Shown here: positions 18,823-27,129 of the stretch, one piece after another
Layout of the letters: every line of letters begins with the position of its first letter
Position numbering within the stretch: the stretch's first letter is position 1
NCBI GenBank assembly: GCA_034723395.1
Contig: JAYEOW010000019.1
Span: 1-44,442, forward strand
DNA length: 44,442 nucleotides
Direction of reading: 5' to 3'
DNA from: Candidatus Margulisiibacteriota bacterium
GTDB taxonomy: Bacteria; Margulisbacteria; WOR-1; O2-12-FULL-45-9
Translations under genes and position numbers: made by a program
The notes under the pieces: generated by a model
Told to the model about the DNA's origin: nothing
The model's database searches: none
Seen by the model: the letters and a program-made list of their open reading frames with translations, nothing else

Positions 18823-19775
18823 TGCGCGGTTTATGTATATTCCTTATTCTTATTTCTATCGTTGGCTGTGGTTCCTCTAGCGTGACACCCCAACCCAAGG
18901 GCCCAGATATCTTAACCAATTTTACCGGATGCGCCGTTGGCGCATTTGTAAATGGAATGGGCAATATTTCCGACTTTCAAACGATGATTGGTAAAAATTT
19001 AGCGGTAATCCTCTGGTATGTCCACTGGCAAGATCCTTTTCCAACCGCTGATGCCGATACAGTTTACAATAATGGGAGTGTCCCCCTTATAACCTGGGAA
19101 CCTTGGATTACTCACGAGCTTGGAACGCTGGAAGCGATTGCTGCGGGGAGTTATGAGAGTTATGTTACCCAATTTATCCAAGACGCCAAGGATTGGGGCG
19201 GGCCGGTATTGCTCCGTTTTGCCCACGAAATGAATGGTAATTGGTATCCATGGGATGGATATCATAATGGAGCGACTTTGGAAGCGGCTACCAAGTATAA
19301 AAATGCCTGGATCTATATATATAATGTAAAGCAGCAGCTAAATGCCGATAATGTTTATTTAGTCTGGACTCCAAATAATACTAATCTTCCTGCGGAATCC
19401 TGGAATGAGATCGCCAACTATTATCCCGGCGATCAATATGTGGACTGGGTAGGAATGGACGGCTACAATTGGGGCTATGGGAATTGGCAGGAGTTTGATG
19501 CAGTTTTCAGCTCGATCTATCAGGCACTTATCCAGCTTACCAATAAACCGATCATGGTCGGGGAGTTTGCCTCGGCAGAGCAAGGCGGCAGTAAATCGAG
19601 CTGGATAATCGATGCAATGGCCAAACTCCAATCGAGCTATCAGAACGTAAAGATATTTTGCTGGTTTAATATCAATAAAGAACGCGATTGGCGGGCAAAC
19701 TCTTCCTCGACCTCTGAAGCAGCCTTCAGGCAAGGCTTGCAAGACGATTACTTTTTAGATACAATTAGGGAATGA
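18822..19775 (+). CDS. GH26 glycoside hydrolase lipoprotein (beta-mannanase family)
   Basis: Lipobox IVGC; TWEPW, RFAHEMNGNWYPW, YYPGDQYVDWVGMDGYN, KPIMVGEFA. Both catalytic Glu present. Confidence 0.9.
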   Translation: MRGLCIFLILISIVGCGSSSVTPQPKGPDILTNFTGCAVGAFVNGMGNISDFQTMIGKNLAVILWYVHWQDPFPTADADTVYNNGSVPLITWEPWITHELGTLEAIAAGSYESYVTQFIQDAKDWGGPVLLRFAHEMNGNWYPWDGYHNGATLEAATKYKNAWIYIYNVKQQLNADNVYLVWTPNNTNLPAESWNEIANYYPGDQYVDWVGMDGYNWGYGNWQEFDAVFSSIYQALIQLTNKPIMVGEFASAEQGGSKSSWIIDAMAKLQSSYQNVKIFCWFNINKERDWRANSSSTSEAAFRQGLQDDYFLDTIRE

Positions 19776-20716
19776 AGCCTAAGAAAAAGGACCTCTGGGC
19801 TAGAATTAAGCAGTACAGTTTTGCCTACTACTTCATACTGCCGACCGCCCTTGCCATGCTTTTTCTCCACCTTTCACCGATCGTTCAAGGGATCTACATG
19901 TCATTCCTAAAGTTGAACCAGTTTACGCTTCAGCAATATCTATTGGCTCCCTTTGTCGGTTTTGACAATTATTATAAGGTTTTGATCGATGCGGGCAGCC
20001 CTATCCGTATCGGGCTTTTTGAGGCGGTCAGAAATACATTTATTTATACCGTTGTGGTTACGATGGGGACCTTAGGGGTTGGCATGGTCGTTGCCTTAAT
20101 GATGAACCGCAAATTTTTTGGAAGGCCTATCATCAGGACCCTCTTCCTTTTTCCATGGATTGTCCCGACTTATGTTACTGGTCTTCTCTGGGGAATCATC
20201 TGGTTAAAACAGGGGGGGCTTGTCAACGTCATGCTTGCCGATTGGTTAAAGATATTACCTTTTAAGCCCTCTTGGCTCTCCGGACCCAATACGATGTGGG
20301 CGATCATTATCCCTACGGTATGGCGCTACTGGCCGCTTTCGATGCTGATGCTTTTGGCCGGACTGCAGACGATTCCGGAAGAGCTTTATGAGGCGGCGGA
20401 TATCGATGGGGCGAACCCCTGGAGGAAATTCTGGATGATCACCTGGCCGATGTTGCGGCCGGTCTGGTTTATCCTGATCCTTTTCGGATTGATCTATAAT
20501 ACCTACTCTTTTAACATTGTTATTATGATGTTCGGTTTCGGAGCGGGGTATCCGGGGGAGTGGGGAGACTTGATGATGACCAATATTTTCCGCAACTCGT
20601 TCCAGCTCTGGAATTTTGGCACCGGGGCCGCTACCTCGGTCGTTTTACTGGTGGTCATGATTATTATTGTGAATGTATGGTTTAGATATTTTAAGAAGAG
20701 CGAGGAGATGAGATGA
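19772..20716 (+). CDS. Carbohydrate ABC transporter permease (MalF/UgpA-like)
   Basis: FVGFDNY; LAGLQTIPEELYEAADIDGA EAA loop; about 6 TM. Confidence 0.92.
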   Translation: MKPKKKDLWARIKQYSFAYYFILPTALAMLFLHLSPIVQGIYMSFLKLNQFTLQQYLLAPFVGFDNYYKVLIDAGSPIRIGLFEAVRNTFIYTVVVTMGTLGVGMVVALMMNRKFFGRPIIRTLFLFPWIVPTYVTGLLWGIIWLKQGGLVNVMLADWLKILPFKPSWLSGPNTMWAIIIPTVWRYWPLSMLMLLAGLQTIPEELYEAADIDGANPWRKFWMITWPMLRPVWFILILFGLIYNTYSFNIVIMMFGFGAGYPGEWGDLMMTNIFRNSFQLWNFGTGAATSVVLLVVMIIIVNVWFRYFKKSEEMR

Positions 20717-22149
20717 AGCTGTCTTATTATGCGAAGAAGCGGATAACGGATATTATTATTAATGTATTCATGCTTTTATTCCTGGCCTTAACTATTCTCC
20801 CTATCGGATGGATGGTTTATTCATCGCTAAAGGATTCTACCGATATCGCGATCGGTAAGGTCGGTTTACGGACCGCCGGGACAAATATTTTAAAGATAAT
20901 TCCAGAAAAAGAAAACTTGATCGCCTTAACCGGAGATGGCGCGATCAATCTGGTCCAGGCCAAGGATCTGAAGGTTAAGAAACATAAATCTTATAAAACT
21001 AATGCAACCTCCTACCTTGTAGATGATAAATATATCTGGATCGCCTCTGCCAATCGCGGATTGATCCGGGTAGACCGCACAAATTATAACAAGAGCAAAA
21101 GATTTAAGCTCCCGCTCTGGGGCTTTGAAATGCATAAGGTGCCGAGTACATATATTAAGAAAGATGGAGATAGTATCTATGTCTCTATGGACTATAAGGG
21201 ATTCAGGGATGTGTTGAGGTTTGACCCAAAATATATGAAGTTTATGAAGTTGATAAAAGGGGCTAAAGGGCGTTATTTTCCAAACGCGGGGACAATAAAG
21301 ACTGAAGAATTTCCAGGGATAAATGAGGAGGTCTTTTCGAAAGTGAGAGCAGGCAGTTTTCTTTTTCTCGGATCGAGCAGCGGGAAGTTTTATAAATATG
21401 ATCTTAATAAGAAAAAGATCGTTAAAAAAATCAGGCTTCCGCGCGGGCACACGCTGGTCAGGTGGTATAACTACGTCGACATGTGGAAAAACGTTAATTT
21501 CGGCCTCTACCTGCGAAATTCGATCATTATCTGCGGGATCACAATGTTGATCGCCATGGTTGTTTCTACCATGGCGGCTTACGCGCTTTCGCGTTTCCGG
21601 TTCCCGGGGGCGGACCTATTTTCTAACGGGATCCTGGCTACCCAGATGATCCCGGCGATCATGTATTTGATCCCTTTATACATAATGTTTGTTAGATTTA
21701 CCATTTTAACCGGGATCCCGGTTAAAGGGACGTTCCCTGGAATAATTCTGATCTATTCTGCCTTTTTTATCCCATTTTCGATCTGGATCCTGCGCGGATT
21801 CTTTGCCGCGATCCCAAAACAGCTGGAAGAAGCGGCGCTGATCGATGGTTGTTCACGCTTCAAGGTTTTCTGGCATATTGTCTTACCTCTGGCGGTGCCG
21901 GGGATCATAGCTACCGGTATCTACATCTTCCTGACCGCCTGGGATGAACTGATGTTTGCCTGGGTGCTGACTAACGCGGATACAATGACGATTCCGGTCG
22001 GAATCCGTCTTTTTGTCGGCAATTACCAGAACCGGTTCGACTTAATGATGGCTGCCGCCACGGTTGCAACCCTTCCGGTGGTTGTGTTATTCTTTATGCT
22101 GCAAAAGCATATTGTTAAAGGATTAACCGCAGGAGCTGTGAAAGGATGA
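20713..22149 (+). CDS. Carbohydrate ABC transporter permease (MalG-like) with a large inserted soluble domain
   Basis: IPKQLEEAALIDGCS EAA loop, C-terminal QKHIVKGLTAGAVKG, and a ~200-aa beta-rich insert after TM1. Confidence 0.9.
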   Translation: MKLSYYAKKRITDIIINVFMLLFLALTILPIGWMVYSSLKDSTDIAIGKVGLRTAGTNILKIIPEKENLIALTGDGAINLVQAKDLKVKKHKSYKTNATSYLVDDKYIWIASANRGLIRVDRTNYNKSKRFKLPLWGFEMHKVPSTYIKKDGDSIYVSMDYKGFRDVLRFDPKYMKFMKLIKGAKGRYFPNAGTIKTEEFPGINEEVFSKVRAGSFLFLGSSSGKFYKYDLNKKKIVKKIRLPRGHTLVRWYNYVDMWKNVNFGLYLRNSIIICGITMLIAMVVSTMAAYALSRFRFPGADLFSNGILATQMIPAIMYLIPLYIMFVRFTILTGIPVKGTFPGIILIYSAFFIPFSIWILRGFFAAIPKQLEEAALIDGCSRFKVFWHIVLPLAVPGIIATGIYIFLTAWDELMFAWVLTNADTMTIPVGIRLFVGNYQNRFDLMMAAATVATLPVVVLFFMLQKHIVKGLTAGAVKG

Positions 22150-23870
22150 TTTCTATGAAATTAAGAATTACCAAGTCAGAATTAAGAAGAAAATCACAAT
22201 TTTTAATTCCCATTGGAGTTTGGTTATTAGTTATTATTTCATCATTCTGGTTTCTTAATTCGTCATTTGCCACTGCTATGTCTAAAGCCGCTAATGGCGG
22301 GGACGTAAAGGAGAACGAAGGTGTTTTTGTGGGTGTTTTTCGTGAAGGGGCACCGCGGAACATTAATTATATAAAGAAATATGAGAAAAAGACCGGCAAC
22401 AAGCCGGCGATGATCATGTGGTACCAGGATTGGGCGCAAAATTTCCCGTGGGACGCGGCAACCAGTGTTATAAATTATGGGGCGGTCCCGCATATTGTCT
22501 GGGAGCCATGGTACTGGAGCGATCATAGCAAGATCAAACTGCAGGACATTGTTGATGGTAAATGGGACCGTTATATCGAGACCTGGGCGAAGGAGATCAA
22601 GAATTTCCGCCACCCGGTATTTTTAAGGATCGCCCACGAGTTCAATATCGAAGGCTATCCGTGGGGGATCGTAAATAACGATAAGGACCCCGATTTGTAT
22701 ATCAAAGCCTACCGCCATATCGTTGACATTTTCAATAAAGAGAAAGTTAAGAATGTTAAATGGGTCTGGTGTTTCATGAACTATTCTCATCCGGATGAGT
22801 CGTGGAACGACTGGGAAAAGGCTTATCCTGGAGATGAGTATGTGGACTGGGTCGGGATCGACGGCTACAACTGGGGGACTACCCAGAGCTGGAGCGACTG
22901 GCAGGCATTTAATTATATGTTTCGCGAACAGATGCGACGTTCCAAAAAACTATGGCCGGGGAAACCAATTATGGTCGCCGAGTTTGCCTCAGCGACCAAG
23001 GGTGGCGATAAGGCGGCCTGGATAAAAGAGATCCCGGGATACCTTAAGAGCAGTATGCGGGATATCGACCTGATCATCTGGTTCGATCTCAAAAAAGAGG
23101 CGGATTGGAGGATTGCTTCGGATAAAAAATCTTTGGCGGCTTATAAGGAGATCATGAAAGACCCGATCTTTTTGAGTTCCGGGGATGACCTGGCCAATCT
23201 AAAAATACCGTCTAAAATAAAAGAGAAAAAAGTTGTATACGCGCAAAGAGCGAACTCGAAAATTACCATCGATGGATCATTAGCTGACTGGAATAAGTCT
23301 TCCCCGTTGGTCATGAAAGATAAATCATATTTTAAAGAAGGGAAACATTGGGGAGGAACCAAAGATCTTTCGGGGAGCGCTTATCTGATGTGGGACGACG
23401 AGAATCTTTATCTGGCAGCGGTTATTGCGGACAAAATTCCGCTGGTCAATGAGCAGGTCAAACAGAATATTTGGAATGGTGACGCGATCGAGATGGTACT
23501 AAGCGTAAATCCAAAAGCAGACCCAAAGCGAACCTCTTTTCGGCGCGGCGACTACCAGGTAGGGCTTGGAACCGGAGACGGGAAGAAAAACGCTCCAACC
23601 ATCTGGAACTGGCAGAGAAGAAGGGTCCCAAAAGGGAGTGAGATCAAAGTTAGAAAGACCAGCAGCCCATTGGGCTATGTGCTCGAAGCCAAGATCCCGT
23701 GGGCATTTTTTAGCATGAAAACGGCGCCTGCCAAAGGGATGAAATTAGGGTTTGATATCGCCTTTGACGATGCTGATTACACAGGCAAGCGTGAAAGGCA
23801 ATTTATCTGGAATGGCGACTATATGTTTTACAAGGATCCGAGCGTTTGGGGGCTCATGGAACTCAGGTGA
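22146..23870 (+). CDS. GH26 glycoside hydrolase with C-terminal CBM9/DOMON-like sugar-binding domain
   Basis: WEPW, RIAHEFN, YPGDEYVDWVGIDGYN, PIMVAEFA; then ITIDGSLADW, WDDENLYLA, GDAIE, YVLEAKIPW, GFDIAFDDAD. Confidence 0.9.
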   Translation: MISMKLRITKSELRRKSQFLIPIGVWLLVIISSFWFLNSSFATAMSKAANGGDVKENEGVFVGVFREGAPRNINYIKKYEKKTGNKPAMIMWYQDWAQNFPWDAATSVINYGAVPHIVWEPWYWSDHSKIKLQDIVDGKWDRYIETWAKEIKNFRHPVFLRIAHEFNIEGYPWGIVNNDKDPDLYIKAYRHIVDIFNKEKVKNVKWVWCFMNYSHPDESWNDWEKAYPGDEYVDWVGIDGYNWGTTQSWSDWQAFNYMFREQMRRSKKLWPGKPIMVAEFASATKGGDKAAWIKEIPGYLKSSMRDIDLIIWFDLKKEADWRIASDKKSLAAYKEIMKDPIFLSSGDDLANLKIPSKIKEKKVVYAQRANSKITIDGSLADWNKSSPLVMKDKSYFKEGKHWGGTKDLSGSAYLMWDDENLYLAAVIADKIPLVNEQVKQNIWNGDAIEMVLSVNPKADPKRTSFRRGDYQVGLGTGDGKKNAPTIWNWQRRRVPKGSEIKVRKTSSPLGYVLEAKIPWAFFSMKTAPAKGMKLGFDIAFDDADYTGKRERQFIWNGDYMFYKDPSVWGLMELR

Positions 23871-23896
23871 AATTATCTGGGCGATCGTCCGATAAA
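23868..23896 (+). promoter_or_regulatory. Sigma-28-like promoter motif TGAAA-N16-CCGATAAA (internal to the operon)
   Basis: Overlaps the upstream stop codon; followed by an AAGGAG RBS. Confidence 0.65.
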
Positions 23897-23913
23897 AAAT
23901 TATAAAGGAGAAA

Positions 23914-24639
23914 GTGATTGTTATGAAAATAGTTAGTTTGTTAGTTTGTCTAATGTTACTTGCCAGCAGCGGATTGGCAATGGGGGGGCCTTCTCCGGAA
24001 ATAGAGGAAGAGGGAGAAAGGGCGGTAAAAACCATTGCCGGGAATAAATATTTGATTGACGATTTTGAATCAGGCAGTTTAGGGTCTCCTCGCGATTGGT
24101 GGACATTTGATATTCAAAGTGCGGAGATCGCTTCGAATGATGACCTGATCCTGGGAGGCGAAGAGGTAGCGCGCAACGTCGGTAAATATTCGGTCGGGTT
24201 AAAGGGAAAGGCCAAGAATTGGTATGGCGGAGGGATTGGAACCTACGTGGCTAAAGAGAACCAGGACCTTTCGAATTTTAATTCATTTTCGGTAGATATT
24301 TACGGCAATGGTTCGGGAACCGCAAAGATCGAGCTTTATGATGACGATAACGGCAACTGGCAGATCGAACAAAATCGGGAGCAAAACTATAAGCCGTTGT
24401 ACGATGATAAATTAGTTTATGATGTCGTGATCGACTGGAAAGGGTGGAAGAACGTATCGGTCCTGCTGGATGATTTTGTCGATGATAACCCGGGAGTTGG
24501 AGACGATGTCTGGAATCCGGAGCAAAATGGAGAATCTGGGGGATTGCTGCAGCTGCAGATTATCTCTTTGGCTGACGAAGAAACCGGTAAAATAGATTAT
24601 AATCTCGATAATATTTACCTGACCGTAGACGAAGAATAA
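23914..24639 (+). CDS. Secreted carbohydrate-binding (CBM11/CIA30-like) protein
   Basis: Signal peptide; LIDDFE, DLSNFNSFSVDIYGNGSG, IDWKGWKNVSVLLDDF, LDNIYL. Start may be ATG 23923. Confidence 0.65.
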   Translation: MIVMKIVSLLVCLMLLASSGLAMGGPSPEIEEEGERAVKTIAGNKYLIDDFESGSLGSPRDWWTFDIQSAEIASNDDLILGGEEVARNVGKYSVGLKGKAKNWYGGGIGTYVAKENQDLSNFNSFSVDIYGNGSGTAKIELYDDDNGNWQIEQNREQNYKPLYDDKLVYDVVIDWKGWKNVSVLLDDFVDDNPGVGDDVWNPEQNGESGGLLQLQIISLADEETGKIDYNLDNIYLTVDEE

Positions 24640-24642
24640 TAA

Positions 24643-25518
24643 TTGAAGAAATTAATCCTTGTTGTATTAATAGCGATCAGCTTGGTCCCGCCGGCAGCGG
24701 CCAGTAGTGGAAGTGCCTCCGCGCATCCCCACGTTTTTTTAGAGCTTTGGAACAACCTGTCATACTATGACACCAACCTGGAGCGGTCGCGTTTCGCGTC
24801 GGTGTCAGGAAGATTTGAGGGGAAGGTGGGCCTTAATTTTTTTAATTATCCTCTTCAGTTTTACGGTGTTTATTACGGGGTTTCATCGCAGGACCCGAAT
24901 TATTATAATAATTCTCTTTTTTCAGGTGGTGGCGTGCGCGTGATGCCGTTTGGTGGACTAAGGGGACGGGGGATATTGGCCGATGTTATGCGGGAAGTAA
25001 AAATTTATTACGAGGATCTCTCTTCGAGTTATATGAAAGATGCTGCTTCGGCCGAAGCGGCGGGACTAGCTAAGACCGATAAAAGATACGGGATAGAAAT
25101 TTACCGCGAATGGAATTTGGATAATCCCGATTTTGGGGCGCCCTGGGGGGAGCTTTGGCTTAAATGTGATTATCGGGAGACAAACTTTGGCTGGGAAGAG
25201 TTTAATAACTACATTCTTTATTTCCAGCCAAAATTTGGACGCCATTTGGGAGACGGGATCGAAATTTATCTGCGTGCCGACGTAACCGCTTCCGGGAAAG
25301 AGGGACCTGCTTATTCATTTTTAAATATTGCCGATTATGGAGTAGGATTAAGATTTGAACCATGGAGACAGATTGGTCAAAAGGATGATCTCTTTCACAA
25401 ATTTAAAATGTTTGCAGAAGTATTGGGAGTTTCCTATTTAAAGGATAAACCGGCAAGCGCCGCTAATATGGTCGATTCGGATGTTCGCTTTGGCATTGAG
25501 TTCTCTTACGGAAGATAA
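24643..25518 (+). CDS. Exported protein, probable outer-membrane beta-barrel
   Basis: Signal peptide, aromatic alternating strands, C-terminal VRFGIEFSY. Confidence 0.55.
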   Translation: MKKLILVVLIAISLVPPAAASSGSASAHPHVFLELWNNLSYYDTNLERSRFASVSGRFEGKVGLNFFNYPLQFYGVYYGVSSQDPNYYNNSLFSGGGVRVMPFGGLRGRGILADVMREVKIYYEDLSSSYMKDAASAEAAGLAKTDKRYGIEIYREWNLDNPDFGAPWGELWLKCDYRETNFGWEEFNNYILYFQPKFGRHLGDGIEIYLRADVTASGKEGPAYSFLNIADYGVGLRFEPWRQIGQKDDLFHKFKMFAEVLGVSYLKDKPASAANMVDSDVRFGIEFSYGR

Positions 25519-25521
25519 GCT

Positions 25522-26082
25522 ATGTATTTGATAGTAGGTTTGGGAAATCCAGGCAAAAAATACGAAAATACCCGTCATAACCTCGGCTTTAGGGTGATTG
25601 ATGAAATGGCCGGACGCTTGGGGATCACTTCGCTGAAAGAGAAATGCCGCTCCTATATGGCTGAAGCAAAGCTTGGAAATAACAAGCTGATCATCGCCCA
25701 GCCGCAGACCTTTATGAATGATTCTGGCCCTGCAGTTCGTGGGCTGTTGGATTGGTTTAAGATAAAAAAGGAGAATCTTGTTTTAATCTATGATGATGTG
25801 GATCTCGAAGTGGGACAGCTTCGTATAAGGGAAAAAGGGAATGCGGGTGGACACCATGGAGTGGAGTCGGTAATTGAAAGTGTCGGGACGACCGATTTTG
25901 CCCGGGTAAGGATCGGGATCAGCAGAAAAGCTCTGACTGGAGATGTTAGTGATTATGTTCTGCAAAATATCCCCCCTTCTCAGCAGGATAGATTAGGCGA
26001 AGCAGTGGTTAAAGCAGCGGATGCGGTTGAATCGATCCTTACCGGTGGGCTTTCCCAAGCGATGAACAAGTTTAATGCATAG
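25522..26082 (+). CDS. pth: Peptidyl-tRNA hydrolase
   Basis: LIVGLGNPG, TRHNLGF, QTFMN, GGHHG. Confidence 0.97.
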   Translation: MYLIVGLGNPGKKYENTRHNLGFRVIDEMAGRLGITSLKEKCRSYMAEAKLGNNKLIIAQPQTFMNDSGPAVRGLLDWFKIKKENLVLIYDDVDLEVGQLRIREKGNAGGHHGVESVIESVGTTDFARVRIGISRKALTGDVSDYVLQNIPPSQQDRLGEAVVKAADAVESILTGGLSQAMNKFNA

Positions 26083-26091
26083 TTTATCAGC

Positions 26092-27066
26092 TTAAAAGCT
26101 GGTATCTACGGAGAAGCCCCAACGTTCGTATTGTTGATCTACAACTGTTTGAATTACGTTTTGGGGACTAATCAGATCGTATCCTTCTCCATAAGCTTTT
26201 TCGAAATCCGACGGTCTTAGGCCATGGCTGGAAGTGTGGTGGCGGGCCAGCGTTAGCATTTTTTCATTTTCTTTTTGCACCTCAGTTTTAGGGGCGCGCA
26301 GGCTGTGTTCGAGATCGACCACGTTAAGTGATGGCATGCTTAAAAACGGTTCAATAACCGGGATCCCGCCCGTTAATATTCCAAAGGTGTTTACGATAAT
26401 AAACGAAAACGCGTCGGTTTGATTTCCGGGATCAAAAAGAAGGTGTCTAAGTTTATAATCGCCGTGCAGGAGTCCTTCTGTTTCTTTGACACATGCCAAG
26501 GCCCCAAGGTGAAGGGCAAAAGCGTGGTAGAGGCGCGAATTGCCGGAAGGCAAAGGGACCTGATAGCTTGATTTATAATCTTGAGCGAGTTTTGCTCCGA
26601 TCGTGCCTAATTTATAGGCCATGTGTAATGTCTCTCCTTTAAGCATATAGGGTTGGGGAGCGCTCAGGATTATCTGGTGACCCTCGGTATAATGTCTTAG
26701 TACATGGCTCCAAAGATCCAACATTAAAAATTCCCACACCTGCAATACAGATTTGCGCTCCTTGCTCTTGGAAAATAGCTGAAAAGTTCGAATGCCAGTG
26801 GAACGTTGCGGGAAAATAAACATTGATTCCCGCTGGACCGTAGAGCTTAGGTCTTTTTCTGATCGATAATTGTGATAATTATCTAGTGCATCAATTTCGC
26901 GGTCTTCGCGCTTGCGCGGGACGCAGCGGATTGATCCTCCTTTTTGTCCCAATAGCCACGCCGGCCGCGAGCTTAAGGCCTTTTTTATCTCGGCCATCCT
27001 GGCAATAACTCTGGCTCGTGAATAGGACGGATTATTTGGAAATAATAAATTAAGATTCAGTTTCAT
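26092..27066 (-). CDS. Orphan protein with a kinase-like fold
   Basis: GLLHGDYKLRHLL catalytic-loop-like motif and VVDLEHS (DFG-equivalent). Confidence 0.55.
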   Translation of the reverse strand: MKLNLNLLFPNNPSYSRARVIARMAEIKKALSSRPAWLLGQKGGSIRCVPRKREDREIDALDNYHNYRSEKDLSSTVQRESMFIFPQRSTGIRTFQLFSKSKERKSVLQVWEFLMLDLWSHVLRHYTEGHQIILSAPQPYMLKGETLHMAYKLGTIGAKLAQDYKSSYQVPLPSGNSRLYHAFALHLGALACVKETEGLLHGDYKLRHLLFDPGNQTDAFSFIIVNTFGILTGGIPVIEPFLSMPSLNVVDLEHSLRAPKTEVQKENEKMLTLARHHTSSHGLRPSDFEKAYGEGYDLISPQNVIQTVVDQQYERWGFSVDTSF

Positions 27067-27076
27067 AACTCTAGTT

Positions 27077-27105
27077 ATTATCGGCTATTTTTGGAAAGGA
27101 TTTCA
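27077..27105 (-). promoter_or_regulatory. Sigma-28-like promoter motif TGAAA-N15-GCCGATAA(T)
   Basis: Contains the exact FliA -10 consensus GCCGATAA, 10 nt before ATG 27066. Confidence 0.8.
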
Positions 27106-27112
27106 TTAAATA

Positions 27113-27121
27113 TGTTAGAAT
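27113..27121 (+). promoter_or_regulatory. Extended -10 TGTTAGAAT for mfd
   Basis: 8 nt before ATG 27130; no RBS. Confidence 0.6.
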
Positions 27122-27129
27122 AAAACCAA

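Noticed and set aside
24584..24612. TCGATAAT upstream of the barrel-like gene as a tenth promoter copy
   Set aside because: No TGAAA/TGCAA at the 16-nt spacing.
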